Positions 18,659 through 29,050 of a stretch of 64,000 bases of DNA are shown piece by piece. The notes under the pieces were generated by a model, which was not told the DNA's origin, searched no databases, and saw only the letters and a list, made by a program, of their open reading frames with translations. Position numbers and translations under genes: made by a program. Location of the stretch: contig SVAM01000002.1 of NCBI GenBank assembly GCA_015059425.1, positions 12,063 to 76,062 of the forward strand, given 5' to 3'. Source of the DNA: Bacillota bacterium. Its GTDB lineage: Bacteria > Bacillota_I > Bacilli_A > RF39 > UBA660. How positions within the stretch are numbered: the stretch's first letter is position 1; every line of letters begins with the position of its first letter.

Positions 18659-19012
18659 ATGAATACTATGAATATAGATGTTATTAGAGTTAAAATTTTT
18701 GTTACAGTACCATCAGAAAATACACAAGAAGTAAGAAATGCAGTTTGTAATGCAGGGGCAGGAATAATTGGTGAATATAGTTATTGTACTACCTGTGTTA
18801 AATCATTAGGAACGTTTATACCAAATGAAAATGCAAAACCTTATATTGGTGAAAATAATAAATTAGAATTTGTTGAAGAAGATAAATTAGAGGTTATATG
18901 TGACATTAAAAATGCTAAGCATGTAATATCAAATCTAAGAAAAGTACATCTATATGAAGAACCAGCCATAGATATTGTTCCTTTGATTGATGAAGATAGT
19001 TTGGTTAAATAA
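18659..19012 (+). CDS. YqfO/NIF3 PII-like domain stand-alone protein
   Basis: AGAGIIGEYSYC, GTF.P...PYIG, HLYEEPAIDIVPL; own TGnTATAAT promoter and GGAG RBS. Confidence 0.8.
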   Translation: MNTMNIDVIRVKIFVTVPSENTQEVRNAVCNAGAGIIGEYSYCTTCVKSLGTFIPNENAKPYIGENNKLEFVEEDKLEVICDIKNAKHVISNLRKVHLYEEPAIDIVPLIDEDSLVK

Positions 19013-19041
19013 GAATTATCAATTATGATAGTTCTTTTTTT
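19011..19041 (+). terminator. Intrinsic terminator closing the cargo genes
   Basis: AAGAATTATCA-ATTA-TGATAGTTCTT plus T-run. Confidence 0.7.
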
Positions 19042-19068
19042 GTTTTAAATTCGACTTACTTTTTGACA

Positions 19069-19423
19069 ATCACCACATGGAGACTACGATCACATGGGAG
19101 AAGCAATTAATTTAGTAAATAATTTTAAAGTAGAGAAAGTTATGTTTAACTGTGGTGTCTTTAATGATTTAGAAAAAGAGTTAATCAAAGTACTAGATAA
19201 AAAATATATTAAATATTATTCATGTATTAAAGAATTAAATATTGATAATAATAAATTGTATTTTTTGAATAATAGTGATTATGAAAATGAAAATGATAAT
19301 TCATCAGTTATTTATACTGAACTTAATAATCATAAATTTCTGTTTATGGGAGATGCAGGAGTGGAAGTGGAAGAAGATTTAATAGAAAAATATAATTTAA
19401 ACAATGTTAATAATTATAAATAG
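19069..19423 (+). pseudogene. comEC: Partial comEC 3' duplicate (MBL domain fragment)
   Basis: Begins at the (T)HGDYDHMGEAINLV motif with a 1-nt insertion; similarity ends at 19398, before KVGHHGS. Confidence 0.88.
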
Positions 19424-19517
19424 ATAAATTGAAAGAATTTATTAAAATTTACACTTTTTAAATTCTTAATATATATCTTTCAATTATTTAATGATATAAT
19501 TAATTAAGTGAGTAGTT

Positions 19518-20459
19518 ATGAAAATATATTTAATAAACGGAGAAAGTTATTTATTAATAAATGAGAAAATAAATGAAATAGTAGGAGATAGCAAAAATGT
19601 CACTACTTTTGATTTAGTTGCATCTGAATTACAAGATGTAATTTTAGAAGCTGGTTATTTTTCTATGTTTGAAGAAGAAAAATTTATAATTGTAAAAAAT
19701 GCAAATTTTTTTTGTGGAGATAAATTAAAAGATAGTGATACTGAATTATTATTAAACTATTTAGCACAACCAAATGAAAATTCTATTATTATATTTATAT
19801 GTAATGGCAAATTAGATTTAAGGAAAAAAGTTACTAAGATAATTAAAGATAAGTATTCTTTAATATCTATACCAAATTTAAAATATTATGAAATAGAAAA
19901 TAGAGTAGCAGAATTTTTAAAAAAAGAAAATTTTACTATAGATAAAGATACAATTAAATATATAGTTGCTAATAGTTTAAACAATTATGATGTGGCTATG
20001 AGTGAAGTTAATAAAATAACTTTGTATTATAGTGAACCTTGTCGCATAAGTAGAAAAGATGTAAATAATATAGTTGCAAAATCAATAAATACTAATAATT
20101 TTTTATTTGTTGATGCAATTGTAGATAATGATTTAGAAAAAAGTCTAGAATTATTTAATGATTTAAAAATAATGAAAGTAGAACCTACTATTCTAATATC
20201 TTTAATTGCTAGGGATTTTAGAATTATGTTAAATATTAAAAATTTACTAGCCCAAAACAAACGAGAATATGAAATAATGAATGAACTGGGTTTATTAGAT
20301 TGGCAGTTAGAAAAGTATTTAAATAAAATATTTCCATATAAAATAAAAGAATTAGAAAATATTTTGCTTAATTTAGCAAAGTTGGATTTAGATATAAAAA
20401 GTGGTAAAGTTGATCGTTTTATTGGATTAGAATTATTTATATTAAATATATGCGGGTAA
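19518..20459 (+). CDS. holA: DNA polymerase III delta subunit
   Basis: IYLINGESYLL, DLRKK, DLDIKSG; comEC-holA synteny. Confidence 0.92.
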   Translation: MKIYLINGESYLLINEKINEIVGDSKNVTTFDLVASELQDVILEAGYFSMFEEEKFIIVKNANFFCGDKLKDSDTELLLNYLAQPNENSIIIFICNGKLDLRKKVTKIIKDKYSLISIPNLKYYEIENRVAEFLKKENFTIDKDTIKYIVANSLNNYDVAMSEVNKITLYYSEPCRISRKDVNNIVAKSINTNNFLFVDAIVDNDLEKSLELFNDLKIMKVEPTILISLIARDFRIMLNIKNLLAQNKREYEIMNELGLLDWQLEKYLNKIFPYKIKELENILLNLAKLDLDIKSGKVDRFIGLELFILNICG

Positions 20460-20470
20460 ACAAAAAATGG

Positions 20471-21394
20471 CTAAATGCCATTTTTAATTTTATCTTTATT
20501 TTTAAAATTCATTTTAGCTATATGGTTTAATTTATCAAAACCGTATTTTTTAGCTATTTCAATACCAATTTCATTAACAGATGTACCAGCACCTTTAGGA
20601 ATAGGAATATGTAATTCATCACTTAGTTTATCAATTTCTTTTAAGAAAATATATCTTGATATGATAGAAGCAGCAGCAACAGAAAGACACTTATCTTCCG
20701 CTTTAGTCATAAATGTTATATTAGTTACTTTTTCATGTGCTTCTTTAATATGTTCATAATACTTAGTGGGATAAACAAATTGATCGACTACGATTTTTTC
20801 GTATTCATATCCCTTATTTTTCATATTAACTAAAACTTTATTATGAAGTATTGCTTTAATTTTATTCATATTTAAGTTTGCACTATAATTTTTATTGTAA
20901 GCCTCATTAGTTAAGATAAAAGTAGAATAAGGAATGTTTTTAATAATTTTAGGAGCTATTTTTTTAATTTTATCATCAGTTATTTTTTTAGAATCTCTAA
21001 CGCCTAAATCTGTTAAGAAAGAAATATTTTCTTTTGATACATAAGTTGCAGTAACTACAATTGGACCAAAGAAATCGCCAGTACCAACCTCATCTGAACC
21101 AATAGAACTTACATTAATAAATACCTTTTTATCATCTTTTTTTTCTTTTTCTTTGCCAGTTGTATCTATTATTCTACCATTTTTTATACGTTCCTCTTCA
21201 ATCCAATAACTAGCTTCAATATCTGCGCCTATACCTTGAAACATAACTTTACCTGATTCATATAATGTAGTTACGCAATCAAAATCTTTTACTTGAAATA
21301 ATGAATATGGAGGATTTTTAGGTTCCATTCTGTCTTTGTAAAATTCTATCATTAACGGTTTTATATTATCGCTCACTTTAAATACTATAGTCAT
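20471..21394 (-). CDS. rnhC: Ribonuclease HIII
   Basis: TBP-like N-terminus (TLYESGKVMFQG), GSDEVGTGDFFGP, VAAASIISR. Confidence 0.95.
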   Translation of the reverse strand: MTIVFKVSDNIKPLMIEFYKDRMEPKNPPYSLFQVKDFDCVTTLYESGKVMFQGIGADIEASYWIEEERIKNGRIIDTTGKEKEKKDDKKVFINVSSIGSDEVGTGDFFGPIVVTATYVSKENISFLTDLGVRDSKKITDDKIKKIAPKIIKNIPYSTFILTNEAYNKNYSANLNMNKIKAILHNKVLVNMKNKGYEYEKIVVDQFVYPTKYYEHIKEAHEKVTNITFMTKAEDKCLSVAAASIISRYIFLKEIDKLSDELHIPIPKGAGTSVNEIGIEIAKKYGFDKLNHIAKMNFKNKDKIKNGI

Positions 21395-21479
21395 TTTTTC
21401 ACCTCTATAAAATTATAATAACATATATTGCTTTATTTTTCAAAAATAATAGTATATAATTATAATAGGAGTTGATATT

Positions 21480-22205
21480 ATGATGGTAGTAGATTATATT
21501 TTATTAATATTTTTATTATTTGGTGTATTATTAGGGTTTAAAAAAGGAGCAATTAAATCTTTAGTAGCTTTGGTTGGTACAATAGCAGTAGTTGTTATTT
21601 CATATTTATTAAAAGATATGGTAGCAGAAGTATTATTTAAATATGCACCGTTTTTAAATTTTTCTGGTGAGTGGGAAGGGCTAGTAACACTTAATATACT
21701 TTTATATGAAGCTATTGCTTATATCCTTGTTTTTCTTGTTTTATTAAGCGTTTTATCGATATTTTTAAAGATATCTGGAATTATTGAAAAGATACTAAAA
21801 TTTACTATTATCTTGGGTATTCCGTCTAAAATTATTGGAGCTGTATTAGGTTTATTTGAAGCGTTAGTATTTAGTTTTATAGTTTTATTTGTGCTTGTAC
21901 AATTTAATGGAACAAATAAATATGTTATTGAAAGTAATGTAGCTAATTTTATTCTTAACAAAACACCATTTATCGGTAATATGGCAAATGATACATATGA
22001 TGCAATAATGGATATAAATGAATTGAATCAAAAGTATAAAGAAAATAAAGATGTTGATTATCAAAATAGAGAAATATTAAGCATTATGCTGAATTACAGA
22101 GTAATAACACCAGAACTAGCTCAAGAATTAGTTAATGATAATAAATTGGTTTTTGCGGGAGCGCAAACTATACTTGATACTTTTAAGGAGGATAACAATG
22201 GTTAA
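21480..22205 (+). CDS. CvpA family membrane protein
   Basis: GFKKGAI, multiple TM segments, IIGAVLG; rnhC/cvpA/trxA synteny. Confidence 0.8.
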   Translation: MMVVDYILLIFLLFGVLLGFKKGAIKSLVALVGTIAVVVISYLLKDMVAEVLFKYAPFLNFSGEWEGLVTLNILLYEAIAYILVFLVLLSVLSIFLKISGIIEKILKFTIILGIPSKIIGAVLGLFEALVFSFIVLFVLVQFNGTNKYVIESNVANFILNKTPFIGNMANDTYDAIMDINELNQKYKENKDVDYQNREILSIMLNYRVITPELAQELVNDNKLVFAGAQTILDTFKEDNNG

Positions 22206-22488
22206 GTATTTAAAAAATGAAAATTTAAAAGATGTTATAACTGATGGGATATGGATAGTAGATTTTTATGCTGATTGGTGTGGCCCATGTAAAATGTTAG
22301 GACCAGTACTAGAGCAATTAGAAAATAATGTTTTAAAAGTAAATGTAGATAGCCATGAAGATTTAGCAAAGGAATTTGGAGTTATGAGTATTCCAACAAT
22401 ATGTTTTTTTAAAGGCGGAGAATTAAAGCATAGAAAAATAGGCTTTATTAATAAAACAGAGATAGAAGATATAATTAATAAACTATAA
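22198..22488 (+). CDS. trxA: Thioredoxin
   Basis: DFYADWCGPCK, VMSIPT; AGGAGG RBS before ATG 22198. Confidence 0.96.
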   Translation: MVKYLKNENLKDVITDGIWIVDFYADWCGPCKMLGPVLEQLENNVLKVNVDSHEDLAKEFGVMSIPTICFFKGGELKHRKIGFINKTEIEDIINKL

Positions 22489-22535
22489 GAGAAAATAATT
22501 TTTCTTTTTTTGTTTATACTAATTTTAGTGATAAT

Positions 22536-23339
22536 ATGAAAAAGAAAAATTATATAATAAGAACTGATTTAGCATTACATAATACCAAATTAAGATTTAT
22601 AAATAGTTACAAAATAGATGGAATAGAAATAAAAGAATTTATTAATAATAGTTATAATTTTACAGATATAGTATTTGAAAATATAGAAAATACATATAAT
22701 AAAAAGTTATTAATTAAAGTTTTAGTAAAAGAATTAAAAAAGTATTTAAAAAAATATAATTTAAATAAAAAATGTTCTGTTTTAGTAGTGGGATTAGGTA
22801 ATGTAAAAATAACCAGTGATTCTTTAGGACCTTTAACTCTTAATAACGTTATAGCTACTTCACACTTAGAATATTTTAATATAAATAATAATTATAGAAA
22901 AATTTATAAATATACTCCTGGTATTATGAAAGATACTGGTTTAATGCCATTTCAAAGTATAAAGGCTTTAATTAATGAAATTAAACCAGATTTTTTAATA
23001 GTAGTTGATTCTTTAATAAGTGATAATATTAAATACCTTAATAAAGTAGTACAAATCACAGATATTGGAATAACCCCTGGAAGTGGAGTAAGTAACTATC
23101 AAGAAGAAATAAGCATAAATACACTAAACATACCTATAATTGTTGTAGGAGTTCCTACTGCGATTGAAGCTTTAACCATTGTTAAAGATGTATTAAACAT
23201 AAAAGAAAAGAAAATTTATTTTAATGAAGGATATGATTTTATATTTTCGACTAAAGATACAGATTTAATTATAGATGATTTAAGTAAAATAATTGGAGAG
23301 GTAATAAATAAAAGTTTGAATAATTTCAAAAAGATTTAA
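22536..23339 (+). CDS. gpr: Germination protease GPR
   Basis: IRTDLA, VVGLGN..ITSDSLGP, GITPGSGV, VGVPT. Confidence 0.88.
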   Translation: MKKKNYIIRTDLALHNTKLRFINSYKIDGIEIKEFINNSYNFTDIVFENIENTYNKKLLIKVLVKELKKYLKKYNLNKKCSVLVVGLGNVKITSDSLGPLTLNNVIATSHLEYFNINNNYRKIYKYTPGIMKDTGLMPFQSIKALINEIKPDFLIVVDSLISDNIKYLNKVVQITDIGITPGSGVSNYQEEISINTLNIPIIVVGVPTAIEALTIVKDVLNIKEKKIYFNEGYDFIFSTKDTDLIIDDLSKIIGEVINKSLNNFKKI

Positions 23340-24627
23340 TAGTAATATCTGTATAATAATGATTAAGTATTTCTAAATAATTCCATCCGTTTTTTGCATA
23401 TTCATTAGCACCATATTGACTCATACCAACGCCATGACCATAACCTCTTGTTGTAATACTTACATCACTTTCATTTAACGTAATATCAAAATCCGTACTT
23501 CTAAGGCCTAATAAAGTTCTAAATTTTACACCGTCATATGTATTATTATCTATAATAATTTTATTTACTCGATTACTAGAATTTTTTTCAATAATTATAT
23601 TTGATAATGGTGTAATTGGGATTTTAAGTTTATTACTTATTTCTTCATATGAAAAAGAGACAGTTCTAAGATAACTCGAAACGTTTATATCAAATTTACT
23701 TTCAACTGATTTTAAATAAGGATAAGAACCAAATACAGCGATAGAATCTTCAGTATATCCATTACTAGTAGAGTGATAAAAGGCATTTATCAAAGAATTA
23801 TTGTAATAGATTACCAGCCCTTTAGTACTTTTGACTGCTTGTTTAATTTTCTCATAATATGTTTGATAGTTATTTCCCCACATACTTTTTAATTCGCTAT
23901 CATCTTTATATGCTTGTGTGTTAATTGTATCTGTTAGTATTATATTATCATTTATTGCTTTCATGGCATATGTTCTAGCAGCGATAGCTTGAGCTTTTAA
24001 TGCTTCTATATTGAATGATGCAGGCATTTCAGCGGCAACTACTCCAACTAAATATTCTTCAAGTTCCATATAAAGAATTGTGCCATTACTTCTTTTTATA
24101 CTAACCATTTGAGTATTTGCTGTAGTTTTATCTTCATTTTTAATATTTTGACTTATTTCTTTTTTTGTATTATTAATTTTGCTTTCTTCAAGTTCTGGTT
24201 TATCTTCATTATGTGTTTTGTTTATATTTATATTACTAAAATTATTGTTAGAAATATTTGAATTAGTTTTACTTTCAATAGATTCATTTTCAATTATAAA
24301 ATCTTTTGTATTTTCAATTATATTATTATAATTATCAAAATTATCTTCTAATGTTAATACACTAGTAGTATAATTGTAATCTGTACTAAGATTTTTTTTA
24401 TCTAAGAGAGGGGCAGATAGTAGACAAGTGCCTAAAATTATACCGCTTGCTATCAATACAATTTTTTTACCATTAAATATTATATTATTATTTTTAATAT
24501 AATTATTTATTTCTTTATTTATAGTTGTTTTACTTTTTGATAATATAGCAAATTCTGTATCTAAATTTAAATATAAATATAATATTTCTTCGTTATTTAT
24601 CTTTTCAATTTCATATCCATAAAACAT
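23326..24627 (-). CDS. spoIID: Stage II sporulation protein D (lytic transglycosylase)
   Basis: LEEYLVGVVAAEMPASF..EALKAQAIAARTY, GYGHGVGMSQYGA. Confidence 0.92.
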   Translation of the reverse strand: MFYGYEIEKINNEEILYLYLNLDTEFAILSKSKTTINKEINNYIKNNNIIFNGKKIVLIASGIILGTCLLSAPLLDKKNLSTDYNYTTSVLTLEDNFDNYNNIIENTKDFIIENESIESKTNSNISNNNFSNININKTHNEDKPELEESKINNTKKEISQNIKNEDKTTANTQMVSIKRSNGTILYMELEEYLVGVVAAEMPASFNIEALKAQAIAARTYAMKAINDNIILTDTINTQAYKDDSELKSMWGNNYQTYYEKIKQAVKSTKGLVIYYNNSLINAFYHSTSNGYTEDSIAVFGSYPYLKSVESKFDINVSSYLRTVSFSYEEISNKLKIPITPLSNIIIEKNSSNRVNKIIIDNNTYDGVKFRTLLGLRSTDFDITLNESDVSITTRGYGHGVGMSQYGANEYAKNGWNYLEILNHYYTDITIKSF

Positions 24628-24684
24628 AATAACTCACCATTATTAGTTTTTTTAAAATAAAAAAATTTATCCATAAAAAAAGCC

Positions 24685-24981
24685 TTATTTGTTTTTTAAG
24701 GCAATTTTATTTAATACATCTAGTTTAATTCTATATCTTCCTATTAAAAACACTAATGATGCGGTTAATAAAGTTATAGCCATTATAAGAGTTCCAATAT
24801 CTAATTTATCACCACTAAAGGCATCGATAAAAAGATAAACCGAAAATGCGCTTCCTAGAATAAAATATATAAATAGTTTAATAAATCTTTTATTTAAATC
24901 AGTTCCCTTATATTCTTTTTGATAAATATCTTTGATTTTCTTTTTATCATCATTACTCAAAGTAGAATAATATTTTTTCAT
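24685..24981 (-). CDS. Small membrane protein
   Basis: Two TM segments; GAGGTG RBS. Confidence 0.7.
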   Translation of the reverse strand: MKKYYSTLSNDDKKKIKDIYQKEYKGTDLNKRFIKLFIYFILGSAFSVYLFIDAFSGDKLDIGTLIMAITLLTASLVFLIGRYRIKLDVLNKIALKNK

Positions 24982-25075
24982 ATATACACCTCTAAAAATA
25001 TTTTAACACATTTAAAATAAATTTACATTAAAATTTTATCATGCTATAATGTTTAATATTAAAGGAGTTAATTCT

Positions 25076-25723
25076 ATGAAAAATGATAATAAACCAAAAG
25101 CTAAAGAAGTAATGTGGTTATTTACAATAGGATGTATTCTTGGTTTTATATTAGAAACTTTATGGTATTTTGTTAAAAATGGCATTTGGATTAATAAACA
25201 AGGTTTATTATATGGTCCATTTAAACCAATCTATGGTACAGGCTTAGTTTTAATAGTATTTTTAATGTATAATTTTAAAAATAAAAATATATTTTGTAAG
25301 TTTGGGCTAGGGGTGATATTAGGAAGTCTTTTTGAATATTTTTGTAGTTTATTTCAAGAATTTGCTTTAGGTACTTCTACTTGGAATTATTCTACATTTA
25401 AATATAATATTTCTGGTAGAATATATTTACCGTACTCTATTGCATGGGGTTTAATAACATTGGTGTGTACTCAATATTTATATCCATGTTTTAAAAAACT
25501 GTATTTGAAAATTCCTGCAGAATTATCTAAAATTTTAACAATTATTTTAACTGTATTTATGTCTTTTAATATTATTATAACTACTCTAGCTACATACAGA
25601 TATTCTGATCGTGCAACTAATAAAGATACTAACAGTTATGTATTTAAAACTATAGATAAATTATATCCAGATGCGTACATGCAAGATAAATTTCCAAAAA
25701 TGCAAATATTAGAGAAACAATAA
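25076..25723 (+). CDS. Putative ABC transporter permease (DUF1113-like), paralog of 8056
   Basis: GLLYGPFKPIYG, WNYS...NISGRI. Confidence 0.82.
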   Translation: MKNDNKPKAKEVMWLFTIGCILGFILETLWYFVKNGIWINKQGLLYGPFKPIYGTGLVLIVFLMYNFKNKNIFCKFGLGVILGSLFEYFCSLFQEFALGTSTWNYSTFKYNISGRIYLPYSIAWGLITLVCTQYLYPCFKKLYLKIPAELSKILTIILTVFMSFNIIITTLATYRYSDRATNKDTNSYVFKTIDKLYPDAYMQDKFPKMQILEKQ

Positions 25724-25804
25724 AATGCAAAAAAATTAAAAAATTGTAAATTTAGTATTGCGTTTTACTAAAATTATGTTATAATTAAATAGCGTTTAAG
25801 AGAT

Positions 25805-25880
25805 GTCTCCTTAGCTCAGCTGGTAGAGCAACTGACTCTTAATCAGTGGGTCTAGGGTTCGAATCCCTAAGGGGACACCA
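25805..25880 (+). tRNA. tRNA-Lys(CTT)
   Basis: ACTGA-CTCTTAA-TCAGT; CCA end. Confidence 0.97.
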
Positions 25881-25896
25881 ATAAAATGTTAACCTT

Positions 25897-25973
<77 letters not shown>

Positions 25974-25982
25974 GTTATTTTT

Positions 25983-26059
25983 GGCCAGTTGGTGAAGCGG
26001 CTTAACACACTGCCCTTTCACGGCAGCATTCACGGGTTCGAATCCCGTACTGGTCACCA
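25983..26059 (+). tRNA. tRNA-Glu(TTC)
   Basis: CTGCC-CTTTCAC-GGCAG; CCA end. Confidence 0.96.
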
Positions 26060-26146
26060 AATTGATTATAAACTCTGTAATTGTTACGGAGTTTTTTTCT
26101 ATAATTTGAATTTCTATGCTATAATTATAAACATGAGGTGGGTTTT

Positions 26147-26944
26147 ATGTTTGAATTAATTCCATACGTAGAAGAAATAATTACCAGAAAAAATGATATT
26201 CCTAAAAATGGTATTGTTTATAGTGATGAGAAACCTGTAAAATCAGAAGAATATTATATTAACCAAGTTACGATATTAAAAGATGAATATCTTGATATGT
26301 GTATAAAAACTATTCTTGAATGTAATCCGTTTGTTAAATTTTATGAAATTAGATATTCTAAAGGAAATAAAGTTTTATATTTTATTGCAGATAGTGATAT
26401 AGACCGTTTAAAGTGGTTACACATATCTTCTAACCCTGATTTTTTGATACATAATTTTAATTATGAAGTAGTAAGCCAATTAAAAAGAGTTATGGATGCA
26501 CCCTTTAACTATAATATTGAAGATATATCGCTTTTAGATGTTTATAATTATTGTGTTAATAATAATATTGGATATTCAGAGAAGTGGGATAGGGATTCTA
26601 TATTTGCTTGGGACTTTTTTACCAGTGAATTTACAGGAATAAAAGTTGCAATAAACAGCATGCATATTGTTATTAGAAGTGTATATTCTGATTTTTTTAA
26701 TATAAGATATCATATTCTGGGAAATCATCTTGTTAGTTATTCTACAGATTCACTTGATGTAATAAAGCTATTAAAAAGTAATGAAGAAGCAATAATTAAG
26801 AATATTTATGTTAAAATTAAAAAATGTCCAGAGTTTATGCAAGATGATTTACATAAAATTAGAGCTTCACAATTAAACCAAGAACAAAATGTAAATCAAA
26901 ACAAGAATAATCGTTCAGTATTAAGAAGAGTTAAATTAAAATAA
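26147..26944 (+). CDS. Hypothetical protein with basic C-terminus
   Basis: Own TGnTATAAT and GAGGTG; ends RSVLRRVKLK. Confidence 0.7.
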   Translation: MFELIPYVEEIITRKNDIPKNGIVYSDEKPVKSEEYYINQVTILKDEYLDMCIKTILECNPFVKFYEIRYSKGNKVLYFIADSDIDRLKWLHISSNPDFLIHNFNYEVVSQLKRVMDAPFNYNIEDISLLDVYNYCVNNNIGYSEKWDRDSIFAWDFFTSEFTGIKVAINSMHIVIRSVYSDFFNIRYHILGNHLVSYSTDSLDVIKLLKSNEEAIIKNIYVKIKKCPEFMQDDLHKIRASQLNQEQNVNQNKNNRSVLRRVKLK

Positions 26945-26993
26945 TTAAAATTTCAGCGTAACAGCTGAGTTTTTATTTTGCGTAAAAAAAAGC

Positions 26994-27962
26994 TTACTTT
27001 TCAATAAAGTAAGCATAATATTCATCAAAAGTAATATTATTATTGTGAATGTAAGTTGCCACTTCATCTCCGACATAACGCCAATGCCAAGATTCTGCAG
27101 CAAAACCTGTAATAGCTTCTTTTCCTTCTTCGTATCTTTCAATGAAACCATATTTATAAGCATTATTATTAAGCCATATATGAGCAGAGGAATCTTTAAA
27201 ATTAGAAGTATTAGTGTGCTCTTTACTAAATATATCAAGTGATAAACCAGTTTGATGCTCTGAATATCCAGGACGAGCTGCAATAGAATCGGCATAGGTT
27301 GTACCATTTGAATTTTTATAGTCATCATATACTTCAGTTTGTGATTTATAATCGCGATAACTAGAATTTATAATTAAATAAATATTTTCTTCGTAAGCAG
27401 CATTCCACATATTTTTAAAAGCTTCATATACTTCACTCCTTATTTTGTGATTACTTCCATAATAATATTTATTATTAACTGTAACTAAATCGGTAGGTTC
27501 ATAATCACTATTTAAATGATAAAACTTATTTACTAATAACAAATGATCTTTAGAAATATCTGTATCAATGTCATGATCGTAAAATTCATAATCATTATTT
27601 GTATTTACTATAGCAACTATATCAGTTGAAGAAGTAGCATTATTTTCTGTATGATAATTTAAATAACGATCTAAATTTTTCTTCAAATAATATTTTTCAT
27701 TAAATAAATTTAGTAAAAAATTATTTTTAGAAACATTAAATAAGGTTTCAATTTCTTTTTGTTCTAAATTATTTTCTAAAAGTTCAATTTCTTTTAAAGT
27801 ATATCCAACTTGCAATAATTTATATTCATTGGTTTTTTTATACTGAATATCCTTATAAATATTTATTCCTGCGTAAATTCCTATTACTATAAATATAAAT
27901 AGAACTAAAACTATCCAGACTTGTTTTTTAACTTTTAATCTATTCTTTTTCAAAATTATCAC
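26994..27962 (-). CDS. M15B (VanY-like) D,D-carboxypeptidase
   Basis: LLVNK, SSYRDY, ARPGYSEHQTGL, ESWHWRYVG. Confidence 0.92.
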   Translation of the reverse strand: MIILKKNRLKVKKQVWIVLVLFIFIVIGIYAGINIYKDIQYKKTNEYKLLQVGYTLKEIELLENNLEQKEIETLFNVSKNNFLLNLFNEKYYLKKNLDRYLNYHTENNATSSTDIVAIVNTNNDYEFYDHDIDTDISKDHLLLVNKFYHLNSDYEPTDLVTVNNKYYYGSNHKIRSEVYEAFKNMWNAAYEENIYLIINSSYRDYKSQTEVYDDYKNSNGTTYADSIAARPGYSEHQTGLSLDIFSKEHTNTSNFKDSSAHIWLNNNAYKYGFIERYEEGKEAITGFAAESWHWRYVGDEVATYIHNNNITFDEYYAYFIEK

Positions 27963-28054
27963 CTATATTTATTATAACCAGAAAAATAGTATTTGACAAA
28001 TTAAATTTCTCGCGGTAATATTTTATTGTAAAGTATTAAGTAAAGGGTGTACAT

Positions 28055-28414
28055 ATGGAGACTAATAGAATTATATTAAGTTATTGTAAGAACTTCGATA
28101 AAATTATAAATACAGATTTTTTAGAAGATGATACGTTATCGCTTCAATTAGTAAAAATATATAAAGATTTTATTTTTAAAATTGATATAAACAACGAATT
28201 AGATGTTGCAAAAGTTAAAGAACTTGATAAAACTATGTGTAAATATGTAGATGATTATTTCTTTAGAAAAACACTTCAAAAAGAAATTTTAACAATAAAA
28301 GTAAAAAAGAGTGCCGGGGATGTAATAAGAACTATAGTTGATAGTATTATTAGTATATTTAAAAAATACGAAGAAGATTCGACAAGAAAGATTTATATAT
28401 CAAGATGGATTTAA
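28055..28414 (+). CDS. Hypothetical protein
   Basis: 119-aa ORF downstream of a TTGACA promoter-like motif. Confidence 0.7.
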   Translation: METNRIILSYCKNFDKIINTDFLEDDTLSLQLVKIYKDFIFKIDINNELDVAKVKELDKTMCKYVDDYFFRKTLQKEILTIKVKKSAGDVIRTIVDSIISIFKKYEEDSTRKIYISRWI

Positions 28415-28431
28415 ATTTAGTAGGAGGGTTT

Positions 28432-28971
28432 ATGGATAATATAGAAAATTTAGAAAATTGGGAACTTTATATAAGCGTTATTAAAAGAATTAATAATAGA
28501 CTTTTAAAAAGTAATTTTGCTTTGGGTAAGGAAACAGAAATAGTTTTATTTTTAAAAGATATGAAAGCAAGATTGCTAAGAATGGTTATGAATAATAGTG
28601 AATTTACTAACTTTGGAATTATAAGCTCATGGAACGAAAAAGACTCTGTTCAAAAATGCGGTTTATTAATAGAAGTTATGGAAATAAATGATGATCAAGA
28701 GCTAGTATTTATAGTTATAGATATTGATACAGGTAATATTTGTCTTAAAAATGATAGTGGGTATCCTATACCTAGCGCAATGGTTAATGGAAAAACTTTG
28801 ATATCAGATTTTAAAGTAGAAAGAGAATTTGAAGTTCATTCAATACCGAATTTAGTAAATATTCCGTTATTACCTGGAGAAGAATATAATTATTATAAAA
28901 TTTTTGATTATTTAAGAAACAACCAAAAAGTATTTGCAGAGTTTTTAGAAACAACACATCATACAAGATAA
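28432..28971 (+). CDS. Hypothetical protein
   Basis: GGAGGG RBS before ATG 28432. Confidence 0.65.
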   Translation: MDNIENLENWELYISVIKRINNRLLKSNFALGKETEIVLFLKDMKARLLRMVMNNSEFTNFGIISSWNEKDSVQKCGLLIEVMEINDDQELVFIVIDIDTGNICLKNDSGYPIPSAMVNGKTLISDFKVEREFEVHSIPNLVNIPLLPGEEYNYYKIFDYLRNNQKVFAEFLETTHHTR

Positions 28972-29050
28972 TAAATAAGCACAAACGTGTTTATTTTTTT
29001 AATTAATTTTGATATAATGAAAAAAGAAAATGCTAGAAATGAGTGATAAT

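Noticed and set aside
26994-27962. VanY-like gene as vancomycin resistance
   Set aside because: No van cluster nearby; stand-alone M15B carboxypeptidases are common housekeeping enzymes
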